DNA of 64,000 nucleotides from Mobula hypostoma. Its lineage: Eukaryota. The DNA lies in contig NC_086097.1 in the NCBI RefSeq assembly GCF_963921235.1, positions 205,160,001 through 205,224,000 of the forward strand. Direction: 5' to 3'. This document shows positions 25,601 to 39,274 of this stretch, piece by piece. The position numbers and the translations under genes were made by a program. Numbering within the stretch: position 1 is the first letter of the stretch; each line of letters opens with the position of its first letter. The notes under the pieces were generated by a model. That model was given only the letters and a program-made list of their open reading frames with translations. It was not told where the DNA came from and ran no database searches.

Positions 25601-26570
25601 AGTTTCTTCGAGTTTCCAATGTGTATATATCATCAATTTCACTTTGCACTTTCTTAAATTCCTGTTTTAAATTAGAATTAATTTTGTTGCTATCTACAAC
25701 TTGAAGTTGTTTTAATTTTCCTTGAAGGTCTGTTACTTTTTGTGCATTGAATTTTTTCATGTGAGTAGTAATGGAAATAATTTTCCCTCTCAGTACAGCT
25801 TTCAATGTATCCCATAACATCACTGGTGATATTTCTCCCGTGTCATTATGGTCTAAGTATTCTTTGATTTCTCCCCTTAATTTCTCCACTACTTCCAGGT
25901 TATTGAGTATATGTGAATTTAACCTCCATAGTGTTTTCCTCATTTTCCTTTCCAGAATTAGAGATATAAGAGACCGAACTATGGTCCAACAGATCAATTG
26001 TTGCAATATTACACTCTTTTATCCTGAATCTATCTATGTTAAATATAAAAAAAGTCTATCCTTGAATAAGCTGAATGAGGGAAAGAATAATGTGTATAGT
26101 CTTTACTAGTGGGGTGTAATTCCCTCCACACATCTATAATTCCCAGCTCCTCCATCAATGAATTCACTTTCCTAGTCAGAGGTTTATTCTGAATAACTGT
26201 TCTTGAAGAATTTAATGCAGGGTTTATCCTAATATTAAAATCCCCTCCGCAGATTACTGCCCCCGAGAGCTGACCTTAGGACAAAAGTGTGTGTATAGAA
26301 TGACCATACACAACCTGGTGGAGCATGAACATTCGACAATGTTATCTCAGTACCTTCTATTCTTCCTGTAATTTTTACAAATCATCCATCCTTGCCTTTA
26401 GTCTCTGAAATATGTTCATAATGCACGGCACTTAATATTAAAGTTGCTACTCCTCTTTTGTGGCCCAATTTATATGATGAATAAAATACATGATTAAAGC
26501 CCATTCTTTTTAATTTTGCACGTTCGGATTGGCTCATGTGCGTTTCCTGAAGGAAAGCTATTTGTACCGG
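19678..26570 (-). mobile_element. L1-clade LINE, near-complete degenerate ORF2, 5'-truncated, split by a CR1 insertion
   Basis: EN start IAFLQETH (ORF 26382-26579). WRLN, KSPGSDGF, LDAEKALDSV and RGTRQGCPISP in ORF 24519-26006. The RT motif KVA|LFAD is split across 24579/21813. C-terminal CWRRC and IWNKW. T-rich tail near 19678. Confidence 0.9.
21814..24579 (-). mobile_element. 5'-truncated CR1 LINE (second family) nested in the L1 RT domain
   Basis: ORF2 fragments 23730-24284, 23085-23450, 22647-23009 and 21908-22633 (GVPQGSVLGP, FADDTK). Tail (TAAGACCA)n on the + strand near 21811-21832. Confidence 0.93.
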
Positions 26571-26719
26571 ATTTATCATTTCAAGACAGTTATCTTTCCG
26601 ATGAGTAAATTCACAAACCTATCTCAACTGTGAGAAAGATAGTCAATATATTTCTATAATGGATATGTAATGTTTTATATTACATATTGCAATTTTTAAA
26701 AAAATTTTCTAATTCTTTA

Positions 26720-26945
26720 GAGAAACAGCATGGTAACAGACCCTTCTGGCCCGATGAGCCCACACAACCCAGTTAAACCGATGTGACCAATTAGCCTACT
26801 CATCCATATGTCTTTGGAATCCAGAGCACCTGGGGGAAACCCACGCAGTCAGAAGGAGAATATACAAACTCCTTACAGACAGCAGCGGAAATTGAACTCG
26901 AGTCACTGGAAACTGTAATATCATTCCTCAATAATGTGCTGCCCT
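26720..26945 (-). mobile_element. V-SINE-like element with a CR1-type 3' tail
   Basis: Minus strand CGAGTTCAATTCCG followed by TGTAAGGAGTTTGTATATTCTCC...GCGTGGGTTTCCCCCAGGTGCTCTGG. Similar to 11690-11982. Confidence 0.7.
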
Positions 26946-26989
26946 TTTGATAAAGAGAGAGAAATAATATTGCAATGTACATAAAGGAT

Positions 26990-27860
26990 ACCAGACTTGG
27001 AGAAACATTAATATGGATAAAGATTAAAAGGTAGGAAACAGGATGACAATAAGTTAGTTATTTTCGGTGTTGTTATTGGAGCGTGACAGGGGTCACTTCT
27101 GACCCTCGGATTCACTTATCATATTCATGATAAATGAAAGCGGGGCTTTAAGTATTCAAATCCGAATGTGATACAAACCTAGCAAAAAACGTGACAGGTG
27201 AGAAGGATGCAAACAGTTAAAAATGAAAGTGATAGGGAATGATGTGAAGAATATACTAGTATATTAGTATTAATATATGTATTTTGATGAAGGCAAGAAA
27301 CGTAGGTATTGTAAATAATGAGGAAATATCAGTGTAGAGGTGCAGAAAACAAATATGTAAGTGCACCAAGCAATTAGGTTGGAAAATGACGTTTTGACCT
27401 TTATTACAAGAGGATTGGAGGAGAGAAGCATCTTTTTGAGATTCGTAACAGCATAGATTCACTAGATTGTTTCTGGGATGAGAGAACAATGGCCACTTTT
27501 GCTGGAGTATAGAAGAATGAACAGTGTTTTCATTAAGACAGAGAAGATTATGAATGGTGTTGACAGGATAAATGCTGAGTCCCTGTTCTCATGGTCTGAA
27601 AAATTGATTAGTGGTCTCGAGGCAAGATACTGTCTCAGCTATTTAAAGCAGAGATGAGGGTTAGATATTTTTGAAAACTACTCTCAGTGAATGTTAAAAG
27701 TTCTGTCTGTGTATATTTAAAACATTAATCAATACATTTTTAGGTAATTGAGTTACAAGGGAGGTTAAAGGACTTTGGCAGAGAGGTTGATGACACCAAA
27801 GTTCAGCCACTATCTGAATGAATGGTGGAGCACACTGGAGTTCCATCAAGCCTTACCTCT
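26990..27860 (+). mobile_element. Highly decayed CR1 RT and 3' remnant
   Basis: Recognisable remnants such as AGATTCACTAGATTGTTTCTGGGATG (RFTRL.PGM) and CTGGAGTATAGAAGAATG. Confidence 0.5.
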
Positions 27861-28822
27861 GCCTCTATTTTATGTCTTCTGTTCTTCCATCCAACAGATC
27901 ATGAGGTAGAGGGAAAGAACTTGCATTCTCATCCTTTTTTATATTCCCCAAGTGTACCATGCAGCTACTGCAACATTCAACTGAATTTGGAGCTACAATC
28001 GCTCTTACCGATTTGTCCAATAAACTAGCCAGCTTGAAATGGAAACATCCACCAACTAAAAAATAAAAGACCATGCAATTTGTTTTCCTTTAAGTTTATG
28101 ATATATTTGAGGACAAGGCATTCTGTGAAGCTCCTAACCTTTAAACAGTATATAGGCCTCTTTACTTGAACAATCATGTGCATCCACAATGGAATATTCC
28201 CTGAAAATGACAACCCACCCATATCCCACTTGGCAAACCACATTTAAATACATACGAAGGGGTCAAACAACAGATCATAGAATTCAACCCAATACAAAGG
28301 ATAACTAAATCTGTGCCAATTATTGGACAGATCATTCCACAGTTATGACATATATATATGAAAAGTGAATAAATATACATATTTATATACATTAGGAAAA
28401 TGTATTTTTATGTATTTGCATACTGCTTCTTCCTGGTGATAGATTCAAGGAATTTTGGAATCACTTCATCCTTAATTAAATATAACTAACCATCAACATT
28501 GTTTTCCTTCCAATGGAGTAGTTTATAATTAATTTGCCAGTGTATCCTGTCATTGAGACTGAAAATATCTGCCCTCTCATAGCCTGGTGTGAAGCAGACA
28601 GAACAATTAATGAAGTATGAAGCTAATCCATAAAAGAAAATTATGAATGAAAGGCGTTACTTTGCACTGTTGTGCTGGACAGAGAATTCAATTAACGAAA
28701 AATTCCATTGTGCAGCATTGAATACAGATCAGTAGGTCAGTAACTTAACTTATCAAAGTTTGAAAGAAGAATAGTGAAGAAGATATTAATACTGATTTCT
28801 CTTTACTGTCCGCCTGTGAAAC

Positions 28823-28921
28823 TAAATCCTGCCAAAGGGTTTTGGCCTGAAACATCGACTGTACTTTTTTCCATAGATGCTTCCTGGCCTGCCGAGTTCG
28901 TCCAGCATTTTGTGTGTGTTC
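28823..28921 (+). mobile_element. Short PLE 3'-terminal fragment with a decayed hammerhead
   Basis: CCTGCCAAAGGGTTTTGGCCTGAAACATCGACTG...CCAGCATTTTGTGTGTGTT resembles the PLE terminus at 14644-14740. Confidence 0.7.
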
Positions 28922-29060
28922 TTTATAATATATTGCATTTTGATTGAAGGTTGGTTGTTCTGGTGCACAAAATTAGGGTGTGTTATGAGAAAGGATGTTA
29001 ACACACAGTCTCCCAACAACTTCTTTGCCATTGACCATATTTCACAATGTACTTTTGCAG

Positions 29061-29171
29061 GCTGTTCTCTGGAGATACAAATTTTCACAACTGAAAGGTT
29101 CTTCAGATGATGGCAAGAGCAAGATTAAATTTTTATTCCAGAGCCTCGACACTAAGCAAATTGAAGCAAAG
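29061..29171 (+). CDS. SNTG1: Gamma-1-syntrophin penultimate coding exon (SU domain), 111 nt, phase 0/0
   Basis: Acceptor ttttgcag, donor GTAATG. Translates AVLWRYKFSQLKGSSDDGKSKIKFLFQSLDTKQIEAK. Confidence 0.95.
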
Positions 29172-30059
29172 GTAATGTAGTCTGAGTATGGATAGAGAAA
29201 TTCATGTTTACAATATATAGAAGTAATTATGGTACATTTGCATTTTTTTATGGGACTGGAACATATCCATGAATTTGAAAGTGAGAATAATTCTTCTCTT
29301 CACTCAACAGATTAATTTAAGAGGTTAACATAAGAGGTGAGTCAATAAACTCTCCCAAGGGAGCATTCACCTGAAGAACACATGTTATTCAATTAGTTAT
29401 TTAGTCATTTTGCAGAGAAGTGATTACTGTGCCTGGAGAATAGGCCATTGAGTTCCCCAAGGACAATGTAACACAGATTTTCCCCATGCATTGTTAATCT
29501 AAAATCTGTTCACACTGACTTCCAGACTGCTGACATGTGATATAAAGTGAAAAAAACAGGTGTGGTAAGCATGGGAAATGTATTGGAAAAGACACAACAT
29601 CATTTAATGCATAGCTTTTGACCCATGTTTACATGGAAAACAACTTTCTGTTTATGACTTTGACCAAGAAAGAAGAATAGATGTGAAATTCCATTAAATT
29701 TTGTGATAAGAACCAACTCTGCATATCTGTACTGGAGCAAGTTGATCTTATCATAAGGGAAGTAGTAGTTAAACTCCAAAGCTAATTCATACCATTCTTA
29801 ACTACAGACAGGTAAACAAAGAAACCTTTACAACAATAATGCTAACAATGTTAATTATACCTCTTTTTTTAGTTGAAGAGATTGCTCAGTTGGGAATTCT
29901 GTTTGGGATCTCAATGGGTGGACAATGTGTGGGGATAGGACATATTCAATTTCAGTGAGTGGTGGGGGTTCAAGTGAATGACGAATGAAGGGAACTGAGG
30001 TGGGGAAATTTGAAAGCTGAACCCAAAAGAGAAATCACTGACTTTGCCAACCATGCTGG

Positions 30060-31132
30060 AGACAAATAATCGATCAACATCTTTTATAAACCTAACGATT
30101 CTCATGGCTATCTAGACTCTACCTCTTCTAACCCTTTCTCCTGTAAAAATGCTATTTCCTTTTGTTCAATTCTTCATCCATGCCACATCTGTTCCCATAA
30201 TGAGGCTTCCCCTCCAGGATATCAAAGTTGTCCTCCTTCTTCAAAAAAGAGGGTTTCCCTTCCTCCACCATTGGTACTGCCCTCACTAGCATCTCCTCCA
30301 TTCCCAGGACATCCATACTCACCCCACCTTCCCTCCAGCTTAACAGTGATAGAGTTAACCTTGTCCTCACCTACCACCCCATGAGCTCCCCTCATCCAAT
30401 ACATCATTCTTCCCAATTTCTGTCATCTCCAGAGGGATCCCTCCCCACCTCAGGTGAGGTAATACTTCGCCTGTGAATCTGCTGGGGTCCTCTATTGTAT
30501 TTGGTGCTCCCAATGCGGCCTCCTCTATGTTGGTGAGACCTGTCATAAATCTGCTTTGTCAAGCACCTTCGCTACATCCGCCAAATGCGGAACTGGCTGG
30601 TGGCCCAACATCTTAATTCCGATTCCCATTCCTGTTCTGATATGTCAGTCCATGGCCTCCACTTGGAACAATATTACAGGAACAATATTCTGTCTGGGTA
30701 GCCTCCAACCTGATGGTGTGAATATAGATTTCTCCTTCTGGTACAAAAAAATCCCTACCCCTACCCCTTCCCTCTTCTTCTATTTCCCATTCTGGCTCTT
30801 ACCTCTTCTCACTTGCCTATCACCTTCCCCTGGTGCCCCCCTTCCTTTGCTTTCTCCTGTGGTCATACTCCTCTCCTGTTAGATGCCTTCCTCTCCAGCC
30901 CCTTTATCTTTCCCATTCCCATCACCTATCACCTTCTAGCTATCCTTCTTCCCCTCCCGCTACTTTTTATTCTGGCATCTTCCTCCTTCCTTTCCAGTCC
31001 TGAAGAAGGGTCTCAACCCAAAACATCAACTGTTTGTTCATTTCCGTGGATACTGTCTGACCAGCTGAATTCCTTCAGCATTTTGTACGTGTTGCTTTGG
31101 ATTTCCAGCATCTGCTGAATTTTTCGTGTTTC
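30060..31132 (+). mobile_element. Older PLE 3' fragment with internal deletions
   Basis: SSFFKKEGFPSSTI and LVLTYHP remnants, GIY-YIG remnant (LLYVGET), decayed hammerhead at about 30996-31031, and the terminal tail. Confidence 0.85.
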
Positions 31133-31701
31133 CAAGCAGATGCACTGGAGCCGTGCAGGAAGAGGAGATAGATTAGATTAAGTGGACAGTGGCAATGATT
31201 GTAATATACAGTATAAAGGAGGAAATAAGCAGTATTTGGCAAGGTGAGGATTTGAGGACAAAAGCTCAATTTAAGGTCTGTGCCAAGCCTCACTGACCTA
31301 CAATGCCCTACAGCCTCAAATTTAAAATTTAAATCTAATGATGAATTCATACCTCAGTCCCAATCCCTCTCATGCTCTGGAATTCGTGTGGATGGTTGAA
31401 TGTCAAATTGAACTTGAACTTTATAGATCTCTCATTGATTTTTTTTTATCATTCTAAAGGCACACCTCAAGGCCCAACTCTCGCCAAGCTATTAGTCACT
31501 GTCTAATATCTCTGCTCAGAAACTCTAGGATCATTAACAGTGGTAGTAGCTGAATCCTAGACTTGATTTTAACTGCCTACCTATCCAGTTTCTGACTGGG
31601 ATGCAGAGTTTAAATTAATCATTTCTATTTCTGCTTTTAGTTTTGGCTCCGTGCTACATTTGAATAATTATAAATCCTTTCTGTATTTTTTTTTGAAGCA
31701 G

Positions 31702-31833
31702 GAGCTGGAATTTTCCAACCTTTTTGCTGTACTGCATTGCATACATTCCTTCCTCGCTGCCAAAGTTGCTTGCATGGACCCTCTCTATGTTGGAAGTCAG
31801 TCTGTTGCTGGGAAGACCAAGTACAATAACTGA
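31702..31833 (+). CDS. SNTG1: Gamma-1-syntrophin last coding exon (SU domain end and stop)
   Basis: Poly-T tract then gaagcag acceptor. Translates ELEFSNLFAVLHCIHSFLAAKVACMDPLYVGSQSVAGKTKYNN then TGA. Confidence 0.95.
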   Translation, partial: ELEFSNLFAVLHCIHSFLAAKVACMDPLYVGSQSVAGKTKYNN

Positions 31834-34370
31834 TGGACGCCTTTCCATTCAATTTGGAAGAGTCATTACTGTTGAAGATAAATATTTAACACTCTTCAGC
31901 CATGTGAGATTTTAAATAAGGCTCCAGTTCAGGAGAAAGTTTGCCGGTTACAATTGCTCTCCCATTCCCCAAGTTGTAAACTATTACTGAATAAGATGAA
32001 CTGAAATTGCCAGAAGCTGCAGCCGCTAAATGAATTGAACTGAAATCTCAAGGGAATACAAATATGATGGTTTTTCCCATTTTATTACTGAACTCAATCT
32101 TCCTCACAGATTGTCACAGCATACTTCTTGAATAGTGGGAGTCATTGAAGCAATCTACGTACACAAGCAACTCTGCAACTAAAAAAAAATGTACATCTGT
32201 AGTTCCAAAGATGGAAAATTTTATCAATTTACAAGAAGTTTAATGTAATAGATGTGAGGTTTATGCAAGATAATAATGATAAGAATATGATAAATGGAAA
32301 TTAAGGATTCAAATGAGCAAAAGTGGATCATTTTTATGTAAAATAATTTTTGTAGTGAAAATGCACTTATTTTTACAATACGCCCTGAGTGTTTTCTGTT
32401 ACCATGTTAAGTCTCTGAAATATTGAAATCTGAATTTGTGAGCAACATTATCAGAGGTTATTCAATGTTGTAGATAAAATAACAATAATTTAATCTTCTG
32501 TGAACCATTGTCAAAAGCTGCTAAGATCTAGCTAACATTTTTCTATTATGACCAGCATTACCTAAACTATAGACTAATTTGAATTCATTAAGAAACATAC
32601 CTGTTCCACTGCATATTTAACTGTACATTTTGAAGTACGAACATTCTGATAAAAACAGCTAGTGAAATTTTAACAAAATGTGAGCTTGTTTTTTTAAACT
32701 CATAATAATCTTAATAACTAAGGGTTTAAAAGAACCATACAAGCCTTGCAAGTGAATGTAATGAAATAATTTGAAGAGGAAATTGCATGAACTAATTCAT
32801 TTTTTGTTGAATAACAAAACAAAACCAAATCTCTTTTGCAGAAGAATATCGCAGATTGTATGTGTGTGGGGGGAGGGCGGGGATTGGGGGCATGTTTGTA
32901 ATGTTGAGACCATGGAGGTGGCGGTATTGGGTATAAACACAACATAATGAAATTCCAGGATATAAGAGGATATTATAGGAGGATATTATGTTTCTTTGCA
33001 CATGATCTGTTTATCCTATAAATATTTTAGGATCTAGTTAACAATACCTTATACAAGCTGAGCTGTTTTCACCATGTGTTTTGCATTTTACAATAATCGT
33101 CCATGTGCAACATCCCAATTCCAGCCTTGGAAAGTTTGCTTCATGTTGTACTAACAGGGATTATTTTTAACTTCTCTGCATCATTTACTCTTTTAGTATT
33201 AGTTGCTTCTTTGAATTATTTGTCTGTGTGCCCCTTTTGTTCTGCTGCTATCAGTATTTAATCTATTGAATGCCTACTGTATTTCTATTTAAGGGGATCA
33301 CTTAAATCATCTGGTATTTCCTGGAATTCACTGACAATAGTATTTTCCATACTGTTTTCAAAGCTCAGTCAAATTTTGAGGTAGTTAAATGTGAAAGTCT
33401 AAATTTTACAAACTAGATATTAAAATAACTATTTCTTAACTATCAAAAGATTTTTGTAGATTTCCACCACTCAAGAACAAGAAAAAATTTACATTATTAT
33501 GAAATATTTGGGTAAAATAAGTTGCTGGTTATCAACCTACGAATTTCTTCCTTCAGTCCACAAATGCAATTTCTCTTCATTTTAGTTTAAAATTTTCTGT
33601 GGCATACAACAGCTCAAGTGCTTCCATGAGAGTTGAACATCCTCCTCTGTATTGTCCATATTCAGCTTATTACCAGTATGCCATAGGATCCACTTATTTT
33701 AAAAGTATTTGCTGTTTTTTTATGAAAAGTCAGCAACATTCTCACTGTTTCCTTGACAGTCATGTTAAATCTAATTTATCTATTGAGCCTTCAATGATAC
33801 TGAGCTAATCTGACAAACTACTAGCAATTGCTGTTTCAGTGGCCTAAAATACTGATGATACATACATAACAATGTAAATCTAAAATATTCTAATTCTAAA
33901 ATTATTTGCAGCTTTCATTCCCAGATTCAATTGCACATTTATGCTTTGCTGTTTGAGGTGGTTAGAAGAGGCAGATTGTTTTCTGCTGAATGGGATCAAA
34001 ACTTCGGGCAAATTTCTATTTCATTGACTCTGAACAAGTCATTTCTCATCATCTGACCTCGTTTCACCTCACTACTTAGTAGAGTGAATTATTGTCTTTT
34101 CATATTGAAATGGCTTTTGATGTGTTCTTTTCAGTTTGCAAGAAACTATAAATTATAAAAAACTTCTGTTTACACGTTGGTCTATTTATTCAGAGAATTT
34201 TTTTTATATATGCACTTAAAATATTTAGCATTTTCTTTAAAATATTTTACCATCTATTTTGCCAATATGCTCTCTCATTATTGCCATTCTTTATTTTACT
34301 TGTGTATGTTTTTACTTATGTACTACTTTCAAAAATCACTCTACTTTAAATGTTCCTCTTGAGACTTCCT
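31834..34370 (+). other. SNTG1: Putative SNTG1 3' UTR or downstream unique AT-rich sequence (3' end not determinable)
   Basis: Follows the stop codon and contains no repeat I can recognise. One ATTAAA at about 33419; no confident polyA site. Confidence 0.4.
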
Positions 34371-34377
34371 ATCCATT

Positions 34378-36885
34378 TATAGACAATAGGTGCAGAAGTA
34401 GGCCATTCGGCCCTTCGAGCCTGCACCGCCATTCTGAGATCATGGCTGATCATCTACTATCAATACCCGATTCCTGCTTTGTCCCCATAACCCTTGATTC
34501 CCCTATCCATAAGATACCTATCTAGCTCCTTCTTGAAAGCATCCAGAGAATTGGCCTCCACTGCCTTCTGAGGCAGCGCGTTCCACACCTCCACAACTCT
34601 CTGGGAGAAGAAGTTCCTCCTCAACTCTGTCCTAAATGATCTACCCCTTATTCTTAAACCATGCCCTCTTGTACTGGACTCTCCCAGCATCTGGAACATA
34701 TTTCCTGCCTCTATCTTGTCCAATCTCTTAATAATCTTATATGTCTCAATCAAATCTCCGCTCAGTCTCCTTAATTCCAGCGTGTACAAGCTCAGTCTCT
34801 CTAACTTCTCTGCGTAAGACAGTCCGGACATCCCAGGAATTAACCTAGTGAACCTACGCTGCACCTCCTCCACAGCCAGGATGTCCTTCCTTAACCCTGG
34901 AGACCAAAACTGCACACAATACTCCAGGTGTGGTCTCACCAGGGCCCTGTACAAATGCAAAAGGATTTCCTTGCTCTTGTACTCAATTCCCTTTGTAATA
35001 AAGGCCAACATTCCATTAGCCTTCTTCACTGCCTGCTGCACTTGCTCATTCACCTTCAGAGACTGATGAACAAGTACTCCTAGATCTCTTTGTATTTCTC
35101 CCTTACCTAACTCCACACCATTCAGATAATAATCTGCCTTACTATTCTTGCTCCCAAAGTGAATAACCTCACACTTATTCACATTAAACGCCATCTGCCA
35201 AGTTTCTGCCCACTCACCCAGCCTATCCAAGTCACCTTGAATTCTCCTAACATCCTCATCACATGTCACACTGCCACCTAGCTTAGTATCATCAGCAAAC
35301 TTGCTGATGTTATTCACAATACCTTCCTCTAAATCATTGACATAAATCGTAAACAGCTGTGGTCCCAATACCTAGCCCTGTGGCATCCCACTAGTCACCA
35401 CCTGCCATTCCGAGAAACACCCATTCACTGCTACTTTTTGCTTTCTATCTGCCAACCAGTTTTCTATCCATGTCAATATCCTCCTCCCAATGCCATGAGC
35501 TCTGATTTTACCCACCAATCTCCTATGTGGTACCTTATCGAATGCCTTCTGAAGGTCAAGATACACCACATCCATTGGATCTCCTGCGTCTATCTTCCTG
35601 ATTACATCCTCGAAAAACTCCAATAGATTAGTCAAGCATGATTTGTCCTTGGTAAATCCATGCTGGCTCAGTCCAATCCTGTCACTGCTATCAAGGTATG
35701 CCGCTATTTCATCTTTAATAATGGACTCTAGCATCTTCCCCACTACTGATGTTAGGCTAACAGGGAGATAGTTCTCTGTTTTCTCCCTCCCTCCTTTCTT
35801 AAAAAGTGGGATAACATTAGTCATTCGCTAATCCTCAGGAACTGATCCTGAATCTAAGGAACATTGGAAAATGATCACCAATGCATCCGCAATTTCCAGA
35901 GCCACCTCCTTTAGTATCCTAGGATGCAGACCATCTGGACCTGGGGATTTGTTAGTCTTCAGTCCCATCAGTCTACTCATCACTGTTTCCTTCCTAATGT
36001 CAATCTGTTTCAGTTCCTCTGTTACCCTATGTCCTTGGCCCATCCATACATCTGGGAGATTGCTTGTGTCTTCCCTAGTGAAGACAGATCCAAAGTACTT
36101 ATTAAATTCGTCTGCCATTTCTCTGTTTCCCATAACCATTTCTCACAATTCATTCTTCAAGGGCCCAACATTGTTCTTAACTATCTTCCTTCTCTTCACA
36201 TACCTAAAAAAACTTTTGCTATCCTCCTTTATATTCCTAGCTAGCTTGCGTTCATACCTCATTTTTTCTCCCCGTATTGCCTTTTTAGTTAAGTTCTGTT
36301 GCTCCTTAAAAATTTACCAATCATCCGTCTTCCCACTCACCTTAGCTCTTTTATACTTGTTTTTTCTGATGCTATGCTATCTCTGACTTCTTTTGTCAAC
36401 CACTGTGGCCACTTTCCCCCCTTTGAATCCTTCCTTCTCCGGGGGATGAACTGATTTTGCACCCCAACAATACCTGCCATTGCTGTTCCACTGTCTTTTC
36501 TGCTAGGATATCCGACCAGTCAACTTTGGCCAGCTCCTCCCTCATGGCACCATAGTCTCCTTTGTTCAACTGCAATACTGACACTTCTGATCTGCCCTTA
36601 TCCCTCTCAACTTGCAGATAAAAACTTATCATATTATGGTCACTACCTCCTAACGGCTCCTTTACTTCAAGGTCACTTATCAAATCCTGTTCATTGCACA
36701 ACACTAAATCCAGAATAGCCTTATCCCGAGTCGGCTCTCGTACAAGCTGCTCCAAAAATGCATCCCATAGGCACTCTACAAACTCCCTATCCTGGGGTTC
36801 AGTACCAACCTGATTTTCCCAGTTCACCTGCATGTTGAAATCCCCCATAACTACTGCGACATTTCCTTTGCCACATGCCATTGTT
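34378..36885 (-). mobile_element. 5'-truncated CR1 LINE (third family)
   Basis: ORF2 fragments 36396-36917, 35828-36139, 35372-35824 and 34460-35368 (GDFN, SDH, FADDTK). Tail ATAGACAATAG. Confidence 0.93.
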
Positions 36886-37379
36886 ATGTGTTTTATTACA
36901 TGAAAGCAAAGGGTCAAGTAGGTAGTTCACCGACCACATTTCAGAGTTAACAAAGGGCAATAAATGTTGGTCTTGCTGCTAACCCCAAGACCTCATAACA
37001 ATAAATAGAAAGAAGGTTTATAATCCAGAGATCTTTGATGCCAAGTTTATTGGGGATTTTGAAACTATAAATCTGTGCGTAGTGCTTTTTATTTCCCACA
37101 TTATACAGTAAATCACAAAAATATCATATCTTTGTGATGCAATGTGATTGCAACCATTTCTGAGTTCAATTGCACTGCACCAGAACAGAAACAGGCATCC
37201 GAACAGAGGAGAAAATGGACAATCTAAGCTACAATCTTGGGTTCAACTTGTTTGTGAAAGAAAAACTATCCTTTACAGCTTCTTCAAATTACTGCCTTTT
37301 TTGTTAGATTAATTGATAAGATCCCATGACGTCCCAGCATGCCAGTTAGAAATTCATCTATTTTTTTGCAGGTCATTCT

Positions 37380-38850
37380 GAAATTAAGTCCATGATTCCT
37401 GAAGGAGCTACTGACAATTATCTAGGCAGCATTTGACTGAAATGTCTCTGGTTAGAACAAAATGAAAAGGCATAGGTTAAAGGTGAGGGGAAGGTTTTAA
37501 AGGAGATTTGAGGGCATTTTTTTTTTAAATACACAGAATGTGGTTGATATCAGGAACATGTTGCCAGTGGACATAATGGAATCAAATACAATGATCATGT
37601 TTAAGAGACATTTAGACCAGCACTTTATATAGGCAATTCATGGAAGGTCCAGACCTAAAATAGGCAAATATGATTAATGTAGATGGGCAAAATGATCAAC
37701 ATGGATGTGGCCTGGTTCTGTGTCAAACAACTCTATGACTACAACTGAAGTCAAAGGACATCAAAGAGAAAATCACTTCAATAATTGGAGTCATACCTGC
37801 ATAAAGGGAGGCGACTGTGGTAGCTGGAGATCAATTATGCAAAGTCTACTACATTAAAGCATGAATTTTTTAGGGCAGTTGATTCATCAATGACATCCTT
37901 TTTGTTATAAGGTTAGATGCTTGGATAGTCACTGCATCATCTTCAATGTCATTCACAGGTTCTCAGCAAATGAAGCATTCTGTGCCTGCAGTAAAACCTA
38001 CAACTTGTTAAGGTAAGTAGTGATTCATGGCAAGTAGGGAAGTAATATTTGTGCCATTCTACTTCTCAAATTCTCAAAAAAGGATGCTCTACTAACTGTA
38101 AATATATTCAATAATGCAACATTTTAATAATCTTGATAATTACATAATAAAGATGTTAATATGCACAATGAAAACATATGTTATTGGTAGTAGTGTATTG
38201 ACATGGATACAGAACTGATAGGCAGTCAGGAAACAAGGAGAAGCAGTAAATGGGTCACTTTGCAAGTGACACACAGTGACTAGTGCGACACGGCAGGGTT
38301 CAATGACCAGATACAACTATTCCAATATATATCAATAATTAGGAAGAAGAAAGGAAATGCAATATTTTCATTTTTTTCAGGGAACAAATCCAAGTGAATG
38401 GGATAATGGATTGTGAGGAACATGCAGAAGCTGCAGACTGATTTGGGCAGATTCAGTTCATGGGAAAATGATGCATAACAGATGCAGATAAACAAGATGT
38501 TATCCACTACTGACAAGGAAAGAGATTGTTTGAACTAAGAAGGAAGTGCAACAACATTTGGGTGTACCTCTGCATCATTCAATGACAAACATGCAGGTCC
38601 AGGAGGACGTTAATTGGCATAGTGGCCTTCATAGGGAGAGGATCTGAGGAGCTGTACTATTGTACTGCAGATGTACAGAACTTTGATGAGGTAACATCTT
38701 GAGCATTTTATGCAGTTTAAGGCTCCTAATCTGAGGAACAATGTCCTTGCTATGAAGAGAAGAGCAATGAAGGTTCACCAGATTGATTCCTGGGATAATG
38801 TATAGAGATATTAAGATGATTGGGTTGATATCACCAATTTTAGAATATTA
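37380..38850 (+). mobile_element. Cluster of ancient CR1 fragments
   Basis: 3'-end remnant with CTCTATGACT tail near 37730. RT-region remnants at 38150-38850 (AGGTTCACCAGATTGATTCCTGGGA). Confidence 0.55.
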
Positions 38851-39274
38851 CTGATTCTTACAAACTCTTGAAAAATGCCACCATACATGCAGAATCTTCT
38901 ATAATCCTACTCACCAAGGCCTTGTGATGCCCTCTTCCAGCCAAGTCCCTTCTATGACCAGAATTTTCTTTCATGAGAATTCTGTAATTTTGGAAGTATC
39001 ATACTTTATGGGTTTTTATATTTTTAAATTCATGCTGAGATTTGAACCCACATCTCTGCTTTGTCTTTTGGCGGGCTGAAATCAATATGAGGCATTTTTC
39101 ATTGGTGACAGCATGAAGATTAGACAGATCTTCAGAGTTTCAGGTTTCTTTCAAAGGTTGAAAACAGCACAAGAGTCTGTTGGTGACACAGCACAAAATT
39201 TAACAAGAGTTCAGGAGCTTTCACCTTTCTTTCTGAGGGCTGAAATCAGCACGGGGCCAATAAAAAAAATGGTG

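Noticed and set aside
10732..31833. Assignment to SNTG2 or to alpha/beta syntrophins
   Set aside because: Motifs AFQTATFLEVERIQ, CKTYACVLESHLMGLTIDF and ELEFSNLFAVLHCIHSF match my recollection of SNTG1 much better. A reciprocal BLAST would confirm.
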